From assembly GCA_052426225.1 (NCBI GenBank), contig JBNJNM010000011.1, forward strand, positions 1,426,001 to 1,490,000: a stretch of 64,000 nucleotides of DNA, in the 5' to 3' direction. This document shows, one piece after another, positions 61,105-64,000 of this stretch. The number at the start of each line of letters is the position of its first letter. The first letter of the stretch is position 1. This stretch comes from Zancudomyces culisetae HAW-14-8. Lineage: Eukaryota; Fungi; Kickxellomycota. The position numbers were made by a program, and so were the translations under genes. The notes beneath the pieces were generated by a model. That model saw only the letters and a program-made list of their open reading frames with translations, did not search any database and had not been told where the DNA came from.

Positions 61105-62800
61105 ATGAAATCTTCAAAAGGAATATTCATATTTGCATTCATATACACAGTTACAACCCTCCATGGAGTCAACTCCAATCCCATTTCCAACAGTGACACA
61201 CAACTCTCTGTAAATTGCACAGAGGTGTACAGAAATAAAGTGTTCTATTTGGATAGAGATTGTTCGGTATGCAAATTCAAAAATCAGAGATTTGAGCGCA
61301 ACAGGTTTGCACTATGTGATCTGTCAGATATAGTTGATCATTCCGCACCCAGCTAAAATGAGACAAAAAAAGTGGGAAATCTGCAATAGATGTGTTTCTA
61401 AGTATGGATATGATGCGTTTGCGGCGACAGATGAATCATCACATTGTATATGCACCCTTGATAATTTCAAATGCACTAGACAAAGCGTTTATGACTCTTC
61501 TGAATTATTGGCTATTATTACACAAGATGGCGATAGCTCTTCAGACATTGATACACTGAAATTGGAGTTAACAATCGAGAAAATAAATATACACAGAGAA
61601 TGCGTAGATGCATTTGAAAATGATCGTTTCTACCTTACTGATTATTGTTCAGTATGTGTATGCACACTATCTGGTAAAAGTTGTGATGATAGTTTGTGTA
61701 AATCCAAGATGAAAAGCTCGATACAAAGAATCGAGATAATCGATAGCCTAAACAACAACAAAAAAACAAATACTGGTAACAACATATTAAACAGCTTCTT
61801 GAGTAGGTATTACAAGAGAGTGATTTTTATATCGGGTAGAAGAGTTATACAGCGAAAGCCACGAATACTCAGGTCATGATACCTCGTATCAACTATACGA
61901 AACTAAAACCATCATTTTCACAGTAATCATAAATATCATACAAAATTATATTATAACATCTACAAAGGCCGATACCAAAACAATAACATATACACCACCA
62001 GATGCCACCGAAAATTTGATAGAAGTAACAATAACAGTCACGGAGACTGAATCGTTCACTGAGACTGAGACTGAGACTATAACTGGGATCGAGGCGAATA
62101 TTCCTACCACAACGGTATTTGAACCAACTACTGTCACTAATATGAATACAATAACCTCAATGAATACGACTATTTTAACTTTTCTAGATCTTTTACCATA
62201 ACTACAACGGAGTTTACCACAGTTAGTAACCACGATGCTACAATTTTAATTACAACTCAACTTATGACTATAACACAAACTCAACCATTCACAGTTATGG
62301 ATATGAAAAGTACCACTGTGACTGCAACAGAATCTCTTATATTAACCAATCCAATTACAACTACCTAAACAAAAATCTACACTACTGCACCAAAATGATC
62401 CACTCAATCTACTACAATAAAAATTTTTGTTTCGATCACTTTAACCGCAACTGTCACACAATACCTTATAGTAACAACGTCAATTCCAGCAACTATGATT
62501 TTGACAAATACTCCAATTATAACAGTTTCAAATCTTTGCAACGGTAATAGCAGTAAAAATAATGAGAACAGCGGAAATAATAATGGCAACATCAGCAGTT
62601 GCAATGGCAACAAAAACAATGATATTGGAATCAGTGAGATTGTAGGCAATGATGACAACAAAGACAACAACGGAAACAGCAATGACAATGGCAACAGCGA
62701 CAGCAAAGGCAAAAACGGTATAAAAAATCGCAATCTTGATATTTTACAGAATAAATTAATTTTGCTGCTTGAGAATGTTTGTAATCATCCTCACGTTTAG
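61105..62800 (+). pseudogene. Disrupted secreted protein: signal peptide, three pacifastin-like Cys repeats, Thr-rich mucin stalk, Asn-rich tail
   Basis: Signal-like MKSSKGIFIFAFIYTVTTLHGVNS; repeats start at about 61216, 61391 and 61601; TAA at 61354-61356 plus a frame change; Thr-rich fragments (VTITVTETESFTETETET, TTVTATES) broken by several stops and frameshifts, with no GT..AG introns that rescue them. Confidence 0.7.
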
Positions 62801-64000
62801 CAATATTACTTGTTTCAGAATTATACCTACCAAGCTAGTAGTGAAGAGTAAACTGAATGCTATAGATAAATATAATCATAAAGTAACCTCGTCTAAATTA
62901 AGTGCTTCAAAAACATTTTAGAAACCTGACACACAAATACAGATTTCAAGATTACATAACCAAAGTTTGCGCCTGAACAACTCCCTCGCTAAATGCATTA
63001 ATGCGATAGCTTTATAAACTTTACATTTAAACAATTGGGTATTACTTGTAGGTTATTCACCATTCTTAAAAAAGTCTGCAAATCCATATCAATATGTTTA
63101 AAACTTTTTTTTTTGATATAGATATATAGAAAAAATCTAATAATCTCGATCTTTCATGTTGATCAATCCATAAATTGATTAAATCAGAGCGTTATATAAA
63201 ATGAAAAGCCATCTAAGGACTAAGAATAATAAAAATTACTTGTATACAACATATAGCAGACGATATGGTGCGCTACATTGGCCAATAAGACACATGTATC
63301 TTGAGCTACTAGGAATATTTATTTTTTCCCTTGTATTAAAAATGCTTAAATATATTTAAGCTTCAAGAATGATCATGTAATATGAAATAAAGTTATAACA
63401 CACAAAAATATTATAGTATAGAGCATCCGATGTACCCGTAGTTAGAACATGGTCCAAGACGAGTATATCAATTAACCTATTCTCTTTGTATTCATTTTTA
63501 AATTACCCAGCTGATCCCACTTGGTTAACTGATTTCTTAAATTCTTGTGACTCGGAAAAATGAAGTCTTAAAGAATATACAAAAGTTTCTGACCAAAGTG
63601 TAAATTAATATTTGTAAATTAAAACTCAATGTTATCACTAATGGTATTGAATTACTGTGAACATGATTCCAGCAAATGTTTAAAAGACTACAAAATCTAC
63701 AAGTTATAAATATAAAATATATAAATGAAATAGTTTAAGTCGTACTATATTCAAATATTTTATAAATATTAAACGCGAAATAACAATTATTTTGTTAATT
63801 TCTTTAAACATGTAATAGAAAACCAAATTTAATACCAATCCAGTTATTGTTGAAATAATATTAATAACTTTGCATTTTAAACTCAGAAAAAATGGGATAT
63901 AGTGGTATGAACTTTTGAAGATAAACATATATCATTAGTTTATCATCAAGTGAAATAGATAAATTGATAATATACTTTTAGATTTAGTTTTTTTAGTATT

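Overview
AT-rich (roughly 35% GC by eye), intron-containing eukaryotic DNA from a fungus. The gene repertoire and the A-rich '...AATAG' intron ends suggest an early-diverging lineage, possibly Kickxellomycotina/Harpellales (inference only). By splicing exons by hand I can support about 18 protein-coding genes: ARP10, an RluA/RPUSD2 pseudouridine synthase, ERG6, a KIC1/Nak1-like kinase, a KTR/MNT1 mannosyltransferase, HIT1/ZNHIT3 and MIC26/27 (both essentially missed by the ORF track), a hypothetical protein, FPGS/MET7, a small secreted Cys-rich protein, a Fungal_trans-type TF, a fusion gene, a NUDT19-like hydrolase, PPIL1, IES2, a UBP12-like protease, ACC1 and a mitochondrial glutamate-type carrier. 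There is also a tRNA-Leu(CAG), a decayed pacifastin-like/mucin pseudogene and several microsatellites. Best candidates for something new: (1) a 700-aa spliced fusion of an S4 domain, a catalytically degenerate RluA pseudouridine-synthase fold and an intact PrmC/HemK NPPY methyltransferase; (2) a ~300-nt nested-helix RNA-like element between MIC26/27 and FPGS; (3) pacifastin-like six-Cys repeats in a fungal secreted protein; (4) a strong G/C skew that flips inside genes. No CRISPR arrays or intact transposons were seen.
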